A DNA stretch of 64,000 bases. Source: Candidatus Poriferisocius sp. GTDB taxonomy: Bacteria; Actinomycetota; Acidimicrobiia; Acidimicrobiales; Bin134. Positions 35,905-46,040 of this stretch are shown one piece after another. The notes under the pieces are model-generated. The model was not told where the DNA came from and did not search any database. It saw nothing but the letters and a program-made list of their open reading frames with translations. Location: assembly GCF_965208355.1 (NCBI RefSeq), contig NZ_CBDBOM010000003.1:3262058-3326057 (forward strand), read 5' to 3'. Made by a program: the position numbers and the translations under genes. Position 1 is the stretch's first letter. Every line of letters starts with the position of its first letter.

Positions 35905-36948
35905 ATGGAACTCCACAAACTACCCAGCAGGCTGAAGGCCGCATACCGCGGGTCGAACGTAGGCCATCGGGTGCAGCAATTCGAGGGATGGACTGATCGA
36001 GCGCAGGCCGACGGCGCCGACCCCTCCGCCTACAACCACGCCGAAACCGTCAGGGAGTACTACAACCTTTGCAGCGAATTCATGGTGTTCGGATGGGGCG
36101 AATCCCTGCACTTCGCTCCCCTGTCGCCCCAAGAGACCCTGGAAGACTCCAAGGTCCGCCACCAGCGACTGATGATCGACAAGCTGGAGCTGCGCGAGGG
36201 CATGACGGTGGTGGATGTGGGCTGCGGCATCGGCGGGCCGATGCGCCGGGTGGCTATTGAAGCCGGTGTGCGGGTGGTGGGAGTGAACAACAGCGAAGTC
36301 CAGTTGGAACGGACGAAGGCGTTGAACAAGGCGGCGGGGATCGAAGACATGGTCGATTACATGGCATGCAGCTTCATGGACATGGGCGCGGTCGCCGATG
36401 ACACGTTTGACCGGGCCTACGCCATCGAGTCGACGTGCCATGCCCCGGACAAGGCCGCCGCGTTCGCCGAGATCTACCGGGTGCTGAAGCCGGGCGCCCT
36501 GTTTTGGGGCCAGGAAATGTGCATGACCGACAAATTCGACCCCCAAGACGAACGGCATCAGGCCATCAAACAGGATCTGAGGCACGGCATCGCGCTCAAT
36601 GACATCGCCACAACGAGCGAGGTGGATCGGGCGCTCGAAAAGGCGGGATTTCAGATCATCGAGGGCAAGGACCGGGGAGTGGTGGACGATGATCTGTCGA
36701 CACCGTGGTATCAGCCCATGCAAACCGGGAAGGGCACGCGGGGCAGCGACTTGCACCGGATTCCGCTGAGCCGCAAGGTGATGTACGGGGTATCGAAACT
36801 GGCCCAGACGCTGAGAATCATCCCCAAGGACTCCGCCGATGTTGTGGAGCTGCTGGATGAAACCGCCAAGGCCTATGTGGCAGGGGGCCAGAACGGGATC
36901 TTCACACCGCTGTACTGCTTCTTGGCCCGCAAGCCCGAGACGGGGTAG
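35905..36948 (+). CDS. Sterol C24-methyltransferase-like (ERG6/SMT family)
   Basis: GWGESLHF, DVGCGIGGPMR, IESTCHAP, RVLKPG, PWYQP and C-terminal GIFTP motifs typical of SMTs. Confidence 0.85.
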   Translation: MELHKLPSRLKAAYRGSNVGHRVQQFEGWTDRAQADGADPSAYNHAETVREYYNLCSEFMVFGWGESLHFAPLSPQETLEDSKVRHQRLMIDKLELREGMTVVDVGCGIGGPMRRVAIEAGVRVVGVNNSEVQLERTKALNKAAGIEDMVDYMACSFMDMGAVADDTFDRAYAIESTCHAPDKAAAFAEIYRVLKPGALFWGQEMCMTDKFDPQDERHQAIKQDLRHGIALNDIATTSEVDRALEKAGFQIIEGKDRGVVDDDLSTPWYQPMQTGKGTRGSDLHRIPLSRKVMYGVSKLAQTLRIIPKDSADVVELLDETAKAYVAGGQNGIFTPLYCFLARKPETG

Positions 36949-36973
36949 CGACTAGCCCCGGGGGGTCGTCGGG

Positions 36974-38215
36974 CTAGAGGATCGCCCCCGACTCCTTCAT
37001 GGCGGCGATGTCGTCCCAGGGGATTCCGGTTTCGAGGAGGAGGGTCTCGGTGTGCTCGCCGTGTTCGGGGGCGCGGTCGACGGTGACCGGCTGCTCGTTG
37101 AACATGGCGGGGTTGGCCACGAGCTGGACCTCTTGGCCGTTGCCGGTGGTCATGGCCGGGAGATAGCCGTTGGCGACGACCTGGGGGTCTTCGTAGAGCT
37201 CGCTGAGGGTCTGGAACGGGATCCACACCCCTTTGAAGTCGGCCAGGGCCTCCTTCCAGTAGGCCAGGGGCTGGGACTCGAACACCTCGTCGAGGAGGGC
37301 GACGCACTCTTGGTTGTTCTCGGCCCGGGCGGCCATGTCGGCGAACCGGGGGTCGTCGGTCAACTCGGGGCGGCCGATGCACTCGCAGAGCTGGGCCCAG
37401 TGCTTGTCGGCCTGGAGCAGGATGAAGCTGAGAAAGCGGTCGTCGGATGTGCGGTAGGTGTTGACCACGGGGTTGGGCGTTTTTGTGCGGTCGTGGGGCG
37501 GGAGCCGGTCCATGCCGAAGAGCTTGCCCGCTATGACCAGGGGCGAGAGCTGCCACATGGCGGTGGCCAGCAGCGACACGTCGACAATGGAGGGCTCACC
37601 GGTGGACGCCCGCTGGTAGAGGGCGGCGGCGATGGCGCCAGCGGTGGCCATGCCCCCCATGACGTCGCCGAAAGCAGGGGCGGGCTGGCTCATGGGCCAG
37701 CCATCGGGGCGGGCTGGCAGGGTGGCGCCCATGCCGCCCCGGGCCCAGAAGGAGGCACCGTCGTAGCCGCCCTTCTCAGCGTCGGGGCCGTGAGGGCCCT
37801 GGCCCGAGCCCCGGGCAATGATGATCTGGGGGTTGCGCTCGCGCAGATCGTCGGTGTCGATGCGGAGCTTGCGGCGCACCGGAGGCATGTAGTTGGTGAG
37901 GAACACATCGGCGGTCTCCACCAGCTTCATCAGCATCTCCCGGCCGTCGGGATGGGCCAGGTTCAGCCCGATGGAGCGCTTGCCCCGGTTGGGCTGCTCG
38001 ATCATGAAGTTCACGCCGCCGGCGCCGCCGGGAACGAGGCCCGAAGTGATTAGCCCCCGCTGGGGGTCGCCGGTGACCGGGTGCTCCACTTTGATGACGT
38101 CGGCCCCCCAGTCGACCAGCACCGAGCCGCCGGAGGGGACGAACATCCAGCTGGCCACCTCGATGACGCGGACGCCCTCGAGAGGGCGGCTGACAGGGAC
38201 TGTGTTCTCGCTCAC
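36974..38215 (-). CDS. CaiB/BaiF family CoA-transferase
   Basis: PLEGVRVIE, GADVIKVE, NRGKRSIGL, GYD. Confidence 0.9.
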   Translation of the reverse strand: MSENTVPVSRPLEGVRVIEVASWMFVPSGGSVLVDWGADVIKVEHPVTGDPQRGLITSGLVPGGAGGVNFMIEQPNRGKRSIGLNLAHPDGREMLMKLVETADVFLTNYMPPVRRKLRIDTDDLRERNPQIIIARGSGQGPHGPDAEKGGYDGASFWARGGMGATLPARPDGWPMSQPAPAFGDVMGGMATAGAIAAALYQRASTGEPSIVDVSLLATAMWQLSPLVIAGKLFGMDRLPPHDRTKTPNPVVNTYRTSDDRFLSFILLQADKHWAQLCECIGRPELTDDPRFADMAARAENNQECVALLDEVFESQPLAYWKEALADFKGVWIPFQTLSELYEDPQVVANGYLPAMTTGNGQEVQLVANPAMFNEQPVTVDRAPEHGEHTETLLLETGIPWDDIAAMKESGAIL

Positions 38216-39393
38216 CACACCAGCTCCAGGTTGTCGATTTGGCGGATGCCGGGGCTGTAGCGCAGCTCCAAGCCGTCGGCCAGACCGTAGTCGGGCACCC
38301 GGGCGTGCCACTCCTCAAGGGCCACCCGCAGCTCCATGCGGGCTAGATGGGAGCCCAGGCAACGGTGGACGCCGCCGCCGAAGCCCAAGTGCTTGTTGGA
38401 CTCCCGATCGAAGTCCACCTCATTGGGATTGTCCCAGAACCGCTCGTCGGTGTTGGCCGAGCCGAGCAGAACGGTTATGCGGGATCCGGCGGAGATGGGA
38501 CAGCCGGCCACCTCGGTTTCGGTTGCGGTGATACGGGGCACGACGGGCACCGGGCTCTCGTAGCGCAGCAGCTCCTCGATGGCGTGGGGGATGACGGCCG
38601 GGTCGTCGGCCACCCGCTGGCGGTGACCGGGGTTCTGGGCCAAGTAGGCCACGATGCACTCCAGCGAGGCCGACACGGTGTCGAGCCCGGCCAGGAAGAA
38701 CAAGTAGCCGATGTCGACCACGTCGTCGCGGCTGAGGGGTTGGCCGTCGACCTTGGCGTCGATGATGGTGGACAAGAAGTCGTCTTGGCGCTCGGCCATG
38801 CGGGCTTCCACCACCTCTTCAAGCACGGCGTAGATCTTCTGGCCGGTGGCCTTCACCATCTCATAGCGCTCCTCCAGGGAGCGGGCCGGCGGGCGGATGA
38901 TGCCGTCTTTGAGGGCCAAGAACTCGTCTACCCGGCTGACCGGCAGACCGAGCAGCTCCAAGAAGATGGTGGAGGGCAGGGGCTCGGCGATGGCCTCATG
39001 GAAGTTGCAATGGCCTTGGTCGGCCACCTCGTCGATGAGCTCGCGGATCAGCTCCCGCACCCGGGGCTCGTACTTGACCATCTGCTTGGGGGCGAACAGG
39101 GGATCGAGCGCCTTGCGGTGCTTGCTGTGGTGGGGCGGATCGACCTGGAGTGGGACCAAGGGGCGGATGTTGCCGATTTGGACCGCGGAGGAGTCGGAGG
39201 AGTACACGTCGGGGGTGCGCAGGGCACTCATCACGTCTTCGTGGCGGGAAATGGTGATCGTGCCGGTGGTGGACCGCCCGGAAAGCTGGACGACCGGGGC
39301 GTTGTCGCGCAGTTCCCGGTAGATGCTCTGGGGGTCGATAGCTTCTTCGGGGCGCTCCAGCGTGTAGCGGGATTGGGGAACGGCGTCGGTCAT
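38212..39393 (-). CDS. Cytochrome P450
   Basis: AGLDT, EELLR, FGGGVHRCLG. Confidence 0.93.
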   Translation of the reverse strand: MTDAVPQSRYTLERPEEAIDPQSIYRELRDNAPVVQLSGRSTTGTITISRHEDVMSALRTPDVYSSDSSAVQIGNIRPLVPLQVDPPHHSKHRKALDPLFAPKQMVKYEPRVRELIRELIDEVADQGHCNFHEAIAEPLPSTIFLELLGLPVSRVDEFLALKDGIIRPPARSLEERYEMVKATGQKIYAVLEEVVEARMAERQDDFLSTIIDAKVDGQPLSRDDVVDIGYLFFLAGLDTVSASLECIVAYLAQNPGHRQRVADDPAVIPHAIEELLRYESPVPVVPRITATETEVAGCPISAGSRITVLLGSANTDERFWDNPNEVDFDRESNKHLGFGGGVHRCLGSHLARMELRVALEEWHARVPDYGLADGLELRYSPGIRQIDNLELVW

Positions 39394-39593
39394 CGGGTCT
39401 CCTCGGTCAGGATGATGGCGTCTTCGGGGCAGTTCATGAACGCCCGGCGGGCTTGGTCGGCCAGCTCAGGGCCCACGGTGCGCTCGACGGTGGGTTGGCT
39501 GTAGCCGTCGTCGTCGGCGTCGAACAGGTCGGGGGCCAGCATGTAGCAGCGGCCGTGGCCCTGGCAGAGCTTGGTGTCGACCCGGATGCGCAT
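39390..39593 (-). CDS. Ferredoxin (P450 partner)
   Basis: CQGHGRC...CP motif; ATGA-coupled to the P450. Confidence 0.9.
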   Translation of the reverse strand: MRIRVDTKLCQGHGRCYMLAPDLFDADDDGYSQPTVERTVGPELADQARRAFMNCPEDAIILTEETR

Positions 39594-39638
39594 CAGCGCG
39601 AAGCGTAGTGCCGCTGCGGGGGAGACTCATTGTGGGCG

Positions 39639-42590
39639 TTATGGGATGGGGAGGACGCCGAGGCCGTCGGGGAAGTTGAGGCCGTAGTCGATGGTCTCGG
39701 GGGGCAGGGGCTGGTTGTCGGCGTCGAAGCGGATGCGGCGCACGGTGCCCTGGCCACCAGTGGGGCCGATGTTTCCGTTGTTCAGGGCCAGGGCCAAATC
39801 GGCGTAGTAGAGGGTGCCGTCGAGGCCCACGGCGATGCCCAGGGGGGAACCGGTGCTGATGGGCTCTAGGCCCAGCCCCTCGCCCTCGGGCGGGGCCAGC
39901 ACGGTGCGCAGGTAGTGGCCGTCGCCGTCGTACTGGTTGATGACGCCGGTGAGCGTGTCGGATACGTACCAGCCGCCGTGGCCGTCGGCCGCGATGCCGG
40001 TGGTGAGGGTCACGCCGTCGCCCACGGCGATGAACAGCTCGACGGTGACCGCAGCGGGATCGCACTCCTGCTCGGTGCGGGGCAGGTTGGAGAAGCGCTG
40101 CACCCCGATGGTGGGGGCGCGGGCCGAGGCCACCAGCACATCGTTGCCGTCGGCGGCCAGCTGCTGGGCGGTGGCGATGTCGTCGGCCACCACGCAGCGG
40201 GCGTCGTCGTAGGGCGGGAACCACACGGTGAGCTGGCCGGTGCCCGGACCCGATGCCTGGTTGCCTACGTCGGTGGTGAGCAGGCGGCCGTCGGGCAAGA
40301 AGGCGCAGCCGTAGGGCTCGGGCTGGTTGTCGGCGGCTTCGAAATCGGGGGTGAGCTTGCCGACCTGGGTGGCGGTGAGGCTGCCCAGCTTGTCGCCTTC
40401 GAGTTGGAATATGCCGAAACCGGCGGGGATCTCGGGCTGGCCGGTGTCCTCGCCTGCGATGAACCGGCCGTCGCCGGTGAAGCACACCTGGCCGTTGATG
40501 TCGCGGCCGTTGGGATCTTCTCGGGCGTTGGTGATGAGGCGCTGGGTGGCGCCGTTGTCGCCGTACACCACCAGGTTGTTGCCCTGGGGGCTGAACACCA
40601 GGTAGGTGGGCGGGTCGAGGGGCTCGGTTTGCAGCGGCGGATTGAAGCCGATGCTGGCCACCAGACGGTCGAATCCGTCGGCGGGACCGGGAATGGTGGT
40701 CGTGTCGTTGAGGGCCAGCAGGCTGATGCGGTTGTAGGAGGCGCCAGGGCGAGGCACGGTTCGGGCAGTGCAGCCGCCGTCTTCTCCGAGCACACACAGG
40801 TAGCCGCCGGAGGGGCGGTCGTCGCGCTCGGACACCAGCACGCCATAGGCCGAGGCCCCTACGGCGGCGGCGTCGCTGCCCTCCCGCAGCCAGGCGGCAG
40901 GGTCGCCCAGGCCGCTGGAGGTGGCGGTGAGCTCGAAGGGGTCGGTTTGGATCGACAGGGTGAGATGGGGGTCGGTTCCCGGCGGCGGTGTCTTGAAGTC
41001 GAAGCCGACGTCGCAAGGGGCGTCGATGCAGCGGCCCGACGCTCCTACCAGGCGGACCTGGCCGGCCTCGGGCTCCGGCTCGGCGGTGGGGGCGGTTTGC
41101 TCGGCGGCCTCCACCTCGGGGGCCACGGTGTAGCGGAATACCCCGGAGGTTTCCGACGGGCCGGGCGATCCCGGCTCGCGAAAGCCGGCCACCGCCCACA
41201 TGTCATCGCCGACAATGGCCACTCCCCCGGAGATGAGCCCGGTGAGCTCGTCGGACCACAGCACCTCGCCGTTGTCGAGGCGCAGGGCTCGCAGGGTGAA
41301 GTCGAGCGACCCCACGAACACCACGCCGTTGACCTCGGTGGTGGGCGAGTAGGTGGGGCCGACGGCCTGCTGCTGCCAGACGATGTCGCCGGTGGCGGCG
41401 TCGAAGGCGTGCATGCAGGGGCAGTCGGCCACCCCGGTGCCGCCGGCGATGATCCCGTCGGCGTAGGCCGCGGGGCCGATGAAGCCGCCGCTGGCGAAGT
41501 TGGGGCGGATCACGTTGTCGTTGGTGGCCCGGGTGCTCCACACCAGCTCGCCGGTGTCGCGGTTCACCACGTAGAACACGGCATCCTTGTTGCCCAAGCC
41601 GACCAGGTCTTGGTCGTTGGCGGTGAACAACACCGGCACGCCGGCAAAGTCGGAGTCGTCGTTGTTGGGTGGGTGGGGCTGGAAGCTCCAGGCCGGCTCG
41701 CCGGTGTCGATGTTCACCGCGAACAGGGCCTCGGTGTAGGGCCCCCACCCGTCAGGGGAGGTGGGGCAGTTGGCGCTGCCGGCGAACATGAGGCGGCGCT
41801 CGAGGTCGACCGACGGCGATCCCCACACGCCCCCACAGCCCCGGTGGTCGCCGTCTTCCAAGTCGAAGTGCCACAGTTGCTCGCCAGTGGCCAGGCCGAC
41901 GGCCACCACGCCGGCGGGGAACGGGGCGTTGTGGGTGTCGAAGGTGGCGATCACCCGGTCTTCCACCACGATGGGGGTGGTTTCCAGCTCGGTGGGCCAG
42001 CCGGGCTCACCCAGGGCGTGGGTCCAGATCACGGTGCCGTCGTTGGCGTTGAGGGCGTGGATGGTGCGCCCGGCGTTGAACACCACTGCGGGGGTGCCGT
42101 TGATGACGGTGTAGGAGGCCGACGAGGTGATCTGCCCGGCGTAGACGTTGTCGTGGTACTCGGCGTCAAAGTGCCAGAGCTCGGTGCCGTCGTCGGCGTT
42201 CAGGGCATAGAAGCGACCGGCCCAATCGCCCACGTAGAGCACGCCGTCGACCACCACCGGGGCAGCGGTGACCACGTCGCTGGTGTTGAAGTACCAGATG
42301 CGGCGGAGTCTGCCGGCGGTGTCGGGGCTGATGCCGCTGTCGCAGGGGTAGGAGAAGGTGCGGTCGATGCCGTGGCCCCACATGGGCCAGTCGCAGGAGG
42401 GACCGGTGGGCGCAGCGTCGGGTTGGGAGGTGTCGGGCGCCGCCTCGGTTGGGGCGGGAGTCCCGGTTGGCGCGGCTGTTGGCGCGGCTGTCGGCTCAGG
42501 AGCGGCGGGTTGGTCGTCGTCGCCTCCGCAGGCGGCAGCCATGAGGGAGAGCGCGAGGCAGAGGGCGGCTAGGCGCAGTGCCCGAGTCAT
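39639..42590 (-). CDS. Lipoprotein with PQQ-like beta-propeller and a second propeller-like domain
   Basis: Lipobox MAAC; repeated AxxxxTGxxxW Trp-docking motifs; C-terminal PLGIAV/FPDGL blades. Confidence 0.75.
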   Translation of the reverse strand: MTRALRLAALCLALSLMAAACGGDDDQPAAPEPTAAPTAAPTGTPAPTEAAPDTSQPDAAPTGPSCDWPMWGHGIDRTFSYPCDSGISPDTAGRLRRIWYFNTSDVVTAAPVVVDGVLYVGDWAGRFYALNADDGTELWHFDAEYHDNVYAGQITSSASYTVINGTPAVVFNAGRTIHALNANDGTVIWTHALGEPGWPTELETTPIVVEDRVIATFDTHNAPFPAGVVAVGLATGEQLWHFDLEDGDHRGCGGVWGSPSVDLERRLMFAGSANCPTSPDGWGPYTEALFAVNIDTGEPAWSFQPHPPNNDDSDFAGVPVLFTANDQDLVGLGNKDAVFYVVNRDTGELVWSTRATNDNVIRPNFASGGFIGPAAYADGIIAGGTGVADCPCMHAFDAATGDIVWQQQAVGPTYSPTTEVNGVVFVGSLDFTLRALRLDNGEVLWSDELTGLISGGVAIVGDDMWAVAGFREPGSPGPSETSGVFRYTVAPEVEAAEQTAPTAEPEPEAGQVRLVGASGRCIDAPCDVGFDFKTPPPGTDPHLTLSIQTDPFELTATSSGLGDPAAWLREGSDAAAVGASAYGVLVSERDDRPSGGYLCVLGEDGGCTARTVPRPGASYNRISLLALNDTTTIPGPADGFDRLVASIGFNPPLQTEPLDPPTYLVFSPQGNNLVVYGDNGATQRLITNAREDPNGRDINGQVCFTGDGRFIAGEDTGQPEIPAGFGIFQLEGDKLGSLTATQVGKLTPDFEAADNQPEPYGCAFLPDGRLLTTDVGNQASGPGTGQLTVWFPPYDDARCVVADDIATAQQLAADGNDVLVASARAPTIGVQRFSNLPRTEQECDPAAVTVELFIAVGDGVTLTTGIAADGHGGWYVSDTLTGVINQYDGDGHYLRTVLAPPEGEGLGLEPISTGSPLGIAVGLDGTLYYADLALALNNGNIGPTGGQGTVRRIRFDADNQPLPPETIDYGLNFPDGLGVLPIP

Positions 42591-42661
42591 GATCTGGCGA
42601 TGCTAGTAAACCTCCCATCCGGTGAGACGGGGACCGGCATGGAATGGGAGACTGAGGGCGA

Positions 42662-42991
42662 ATGACCGTTGACACCGCGCCGGCCCAAGTCGAGGTTCCC
42701 AACACGGCCGAGCGCCGGTTCAGCCAGTCGATGGTGGTGTCGGGAACCCGGTGCCTGCTGACTTATCTGGTGCTCCCGTTTCTGCTGCCGGTGCTGGGGG
42801 TGGCCGACTCAGTGGGGCCAGCCATAAGCCTGCCTATCGGGCTGGTGGCCATCGTGTTCAACGGGCTGAGCATCCGACGGTTCTGGGGTTCCGACCACCG
42901 GCTGAAGTGGCCGGTGAGCACGATCAACGTTCTGGTGATCGGGTTGCTGTGCTACCTGACTGTCAGTGACATCGTCGAGCTCGCCGGCTGA
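42662..42991 (+). CDS. Small membrane protein
   Basis: Three TM helices, RCLLTY motif. Confidence 0.7.
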   Translation: MTVDTAPAQVEVPNTAERRFSQSMVVSGTRCLLTYLVLPFLLPVLGVADSVGPAISLPIGLVAIVFNGLSIRRFWGSDHRLKWPVSTINVLVIGLLCYLTVSDIVELAG

Positions 42992-43406
42992 CCCCGGCGA
43001 TTCCGCTGCCCTTAGCCACTCCAAGGTGGCCAGCAACCCGCTGGTGCGGGGATTGTGGATTCTGGCAGGGCTGCTGTGCGTTGGGCTGGGGGCTCTGGGA
43101 GTAATCGTTCCCGGCCTGCCGTCCACCGTGTTCTTCATCATGGCGGCAGCAGCTTTTTCTCGTTCCAGCGAGCGTATGGAGCGGTGGGTGCTGAACCTGC
43201 CCGGCGTAGGCAAGCTGGTGGCCGACTACCGGTCGGGGTTGGGGATGCCGTGGCGGGCGAAGATCATTGCCGGGACCATGATCGTGGTGGCGGTGGGGTT
43301 GAGTACGGGCCTGGCTTTGAGCTCGTGGACGTGGAGGGGTGTGGTGATTGGGTTGGGACTTGTGGGGCTGGCGTACATCTTTGGTCGAGTGCCTACGAGG
43401 CGTTAG
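42966..43406 (+). CDS. YbaN/DUF454 family membrane protein
   Basis: LGxLGxxVPGLPST.F..AA..F.RSS..GMP.RAK pattern. Confidence 0.8.
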   Translation: MTSSSSPADPGDSAALSHSKVASNPLVRGLWILAGLLCVGLGALGVIVPGLPSTVFFIMAAAAFSRSSERMERWVLNLPGVGKLVADYRSGLGMPWRAKIIAGTMIVVAVGLSTGLALSSWTWRGVVIGLGLVGLAYIFGRVPTRR

Positions 43407-44710
43407 AGGTTGGCTATCTCGTGTTCGATGCGGGATTCGATGTAGGCGCGGGCGTTGGCTATGCGGGTGGGGAGGTGCATGGAGGGGAAGAGGCCGTCGG
43501 AGGGCTTGTAGCTCTTGAGGATCTGCTTGGCGATGGTGTCTTTGTGGACCTCGGTGGGGCCGTCGGCGATGCCCATGACCGGGCCGCTCAGCCACATTGA
43601 GGTGAGGGGCATTTGGTTGGACACGCCGAGGGAGCCGTGGGCGTGCATGGCCCGGTACACCACGTCGATCAGCACCTTGGGGGTGGCCACTTTGACGCCG
43701 GCGATGTGCTGGCGGACCTTGGCGTAGTCGCCCTCGTTGTCGATCAGCCAGGCGGTGTGGAGCACCTGGAGGCGGAACTGCTGGATCTGGATCCAAGAGT
43801 CGGCGATCCAGTGCTGGATGGACTGTTTCTCGCCAATCAGCGAGCCCTTGGTCTCCCGGGACAGCACCCGCTCGCACATCATGTCGAGGGCCCGCTGGGC
43901 CACGCCCACCGAGCGCATGCCGTGGTGAACCCGCCCGCCGCCGAGGCGGGTTTGGGCGATCTTGAACCCCGACCCCTCCTCGCCGAGCAGGTTCTCGGCG
44001 GGCACCCGCACGTCGTTGAAGCGGAGGTAGGCGTGGTCGCCTTCTTCGAGGTCCTCGGTGCCGAGACCCACATCGGCCACCACCTCGATGCCGGGGGTGT
44101 CGGTGGGCACCAGCATCATCGACGAACCTCGGTACACCGGCACGTCGGGGTTGGTGATGAGCATGACGATCATGAACTTGGCGTACTTGAAGTTGGAGGC
44201 GAACCACTTCTCGCCGTTGATCACCCACTCGTCGCCGTCGCGGTGGGCTCCGCAGGTGAAGTAGTTGGGGTCGGAACCGCCCTGGGGCTCGGTCATGGCG
44301 TAGGTGGAGGAGATCTTGCTGTCGAGCAGGGGCTGGAGATAGAGCTCCTTCTGCTCGTCGGTGCCGTAGTGGGCGATAATCTCGGCGTTGCCCGAATCGG
44401 GGGCCTGGCAGCCGAATACCACCTGGGCCCACAGCGCCCGGCCCAGGATCTCGTTCATCAGGGCCAGCTTCACCTGGCCGTAGCCGAGGCCGCCGAGGTG
44501 GGGGCCCATGTGGCAAGCCCACAGGCCGTTGTCTTTCACCTGCTTCTGGAGCGGGCGGATCAGGGCATTGGCCGTCTCGTTGGTGCGGTCGAAAGGATTG
44601 ACCTCGCCGCGGAAGTAAAGGTCGATGGGCTCGACTTCCTCAGTGACAAAGGAGTCCATCCAGTCGAGCTTCTCTTGGAATTCGGGTTCGACGGAAAAAT
44701 CGATGGCCAT
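43403..44710 (-). CDS. Acyl-CoA dehydrogenase
   Basis: QAPDSGN, AMTEP.GGSD, NGEKWF, RLGGGR, IADGPTEVH. Confidence 0.92.
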   Translation of the reverse strand: MAIDFSVEPEFQEKLDWMDSFVTEEVEPIDLYFRGEVNPFDRTNETANALIRPLQKQVKDNGLWACHMGPHLGGLGYGQVKLALMNEILGRALWAQVVFGCQAPDSGNAEIIAHYGTDEQKELYLQPLLDSKISSTYAMTEPQGGSDPNYFTCGAHRDGDEWVINGEKWFASNFKYAKFMIVMLITNPDVPVYRGSSMMLVPTDTPGIEVVADVGLGTEDLEEGDHAYLRFNDVRVPAENLLGEEGSGFKIAQTRLGGGRVHHGMRSVGVAQRALDMMCERVLSRETKGSLIGEKQSIQHWIADSWIQIQQFRLQVLHTAWLIDNEGDYAKVRQHIAGVKVATPKVLIDVVYRAMHAHGSLGVSNQMPLTSMWLSGPVMGIADGPTEVHKDTIAKQILKSYKPSDGLFPSMHLPTRIANARAYIESRIEHEIANL

Positions 44711-44752
44711 AGGACTACCGCACTCTCTGGGTTGGATTTACAGTGGTTCAAT

Positions 44753-46036
44753 ATGAAGTTCGAGATGACTCCGGCCGAGATTTTAGCGGCCGCCCGAGCC
44801 CCCGAGCCCGGTGACGAAGGGTACGACCCGTTCGACGCTTTCGACCAAGCCCAGGGGGCTGAGCACTCCATCAATCCCTACGAGGTTTACACCGAGCTGC
44901 TGGCCAAGTGCCCGGTTCACCATGGCAGCGTGTCGCAGATGCTGGGGGCGGTAAGCGTGAGCGACCTGATGGCCGGCGACCGGGACATCGTGAACGTGCT
45001 CTCGTATGACGGGGTGGAGGCCGTGCTGCGGGACGGGGCCACGTTCTCGTCGGCGGGCTATGCGGAGTCGATGGGGCTGGTGATGGGCCACACCATCTTG
45101 GAGATGGACGAGCCCGAGCACGGGCAGTACCGCAAGCTGATTCAGCAGGCGTTCACCCGCCGGGAGATGGAGCGGTGGGAGCACGAGATCGTGAACCCGG
45201 TGCTGGAGCACTACATCGACGCCTTCATAGACCGGGGGCGGGCCGATCTGGTACACGAATTGATGTTCGTGTTCCCGATACACGTGATCGCCATCGCGCT
45301 GGGTTTGCCGGAGTCCGACCTGCCCGCCTTCTACCGCCGGGCGGTGGAGATCACCAACATGGCCTCTGAGATCGAGCGGGGCTTCGCCGCGTCGCAATGG
45401 CTGTACGAATACCTGGAGCCGGTGGTGGAGAAGCGACGGGCCGAGCCCCAGGACGACCTGATCAGCCTGCTGGCCCATGCCGAGCTGGACGGGCAGCGGC
45501 TCACCAACGACGAGATCATCGCCTTTTGCCGGTTGCTCTTGCCGGCGGGAGCGGAAACCACCTACCGGGCGGCCAGCAACATGATGGTGGGGCTGCTGTC
45601 GCATCCGGACCAGCTCGACGCCGTGCGGGCCGACCGGTCGCTGGTGACCACGGCGGTGGAGGAAGCGCTGCGGTGGGAGACGCCCCTGACCGGCATCTCC
45701 CGCACCGCGACAGCCGATGCAGTGGTGGACGGCATCGAGGTTCGGGCCGGGACGTCGGTGAACACCTCGTTGGGGTCGGCCAACCACGACCCCTCCCGCT
45801 GGGACGATCCCGAGGTGTTCGACATTTTCCGCCAGCCCAAATCGCATATTGCCTTCGCCACCGGGCCGCACCTGTGCCTGGGCATCCACTTGGCCCGGAT
45901 GGAGATGCGCGCCGTGCTCGAGCACCTGCTCGACCGCCTCCCCGGCCTGCGCCTCGACCCCGACGCCGAGCCCCCTAACATCGCCGGTCTCGCCTTCCGC
46001 TCCCCCGCAGTGCTGCGGGTGCTCTGGGACGTTTGA
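44753..46036 (+). CDS. Cytochrome P450
   Basis: AGAETT, EEALR, FATGPHLCLG; start ATG 44753 or 44765. Confidence 0.92.
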   Translation: MKFEMTPAEILAAARAPEPGDEGYDPFDAFDQAQGAEHSINPYEVYTELLAKCPVHHGSVSQMLGAVSVSDLMAGDRDIVNVLSYDGVEAVLRDGATFSSAGYAESMGLVMGHTILEMDEPEHGQYRKLIQQAFTRREMERWEHEIVNPVLEHYIDAFIDRGRADLVHELMFVFPIHVIAIALGLPESDLPAFYRRAVEITNMASEIERGFAASQWLYEYLEPVVEKRRAEPQDDLISLLAHAELDGQRLTNDEIIAFCRLLLPAGAETTYRAASNMMVGLLSHPDQLDAVRADRSLVTTAVEEALRWETPLTGISRTATADAVVDGIEVRAGTSVNTSLGSANHDPSRWDDPEVFDIFRQPKSHIAFATGPHLCLGIHLARMEMRAVLEHLLDRLPGLRLDPDAEPPNIAGLAFRSPAVLRVLWDV

Positions 46037-46040
46037 GCTG

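Noticed and set aside
39466-44752. Long alternative ORFs (39915-42572, 39466-41199, 42963-44522) and the N-terminal ~380 aa of ORF 43613-46036
   Set aside because: They overlap well-supported genes; the P450 starts at 44753 or 44765
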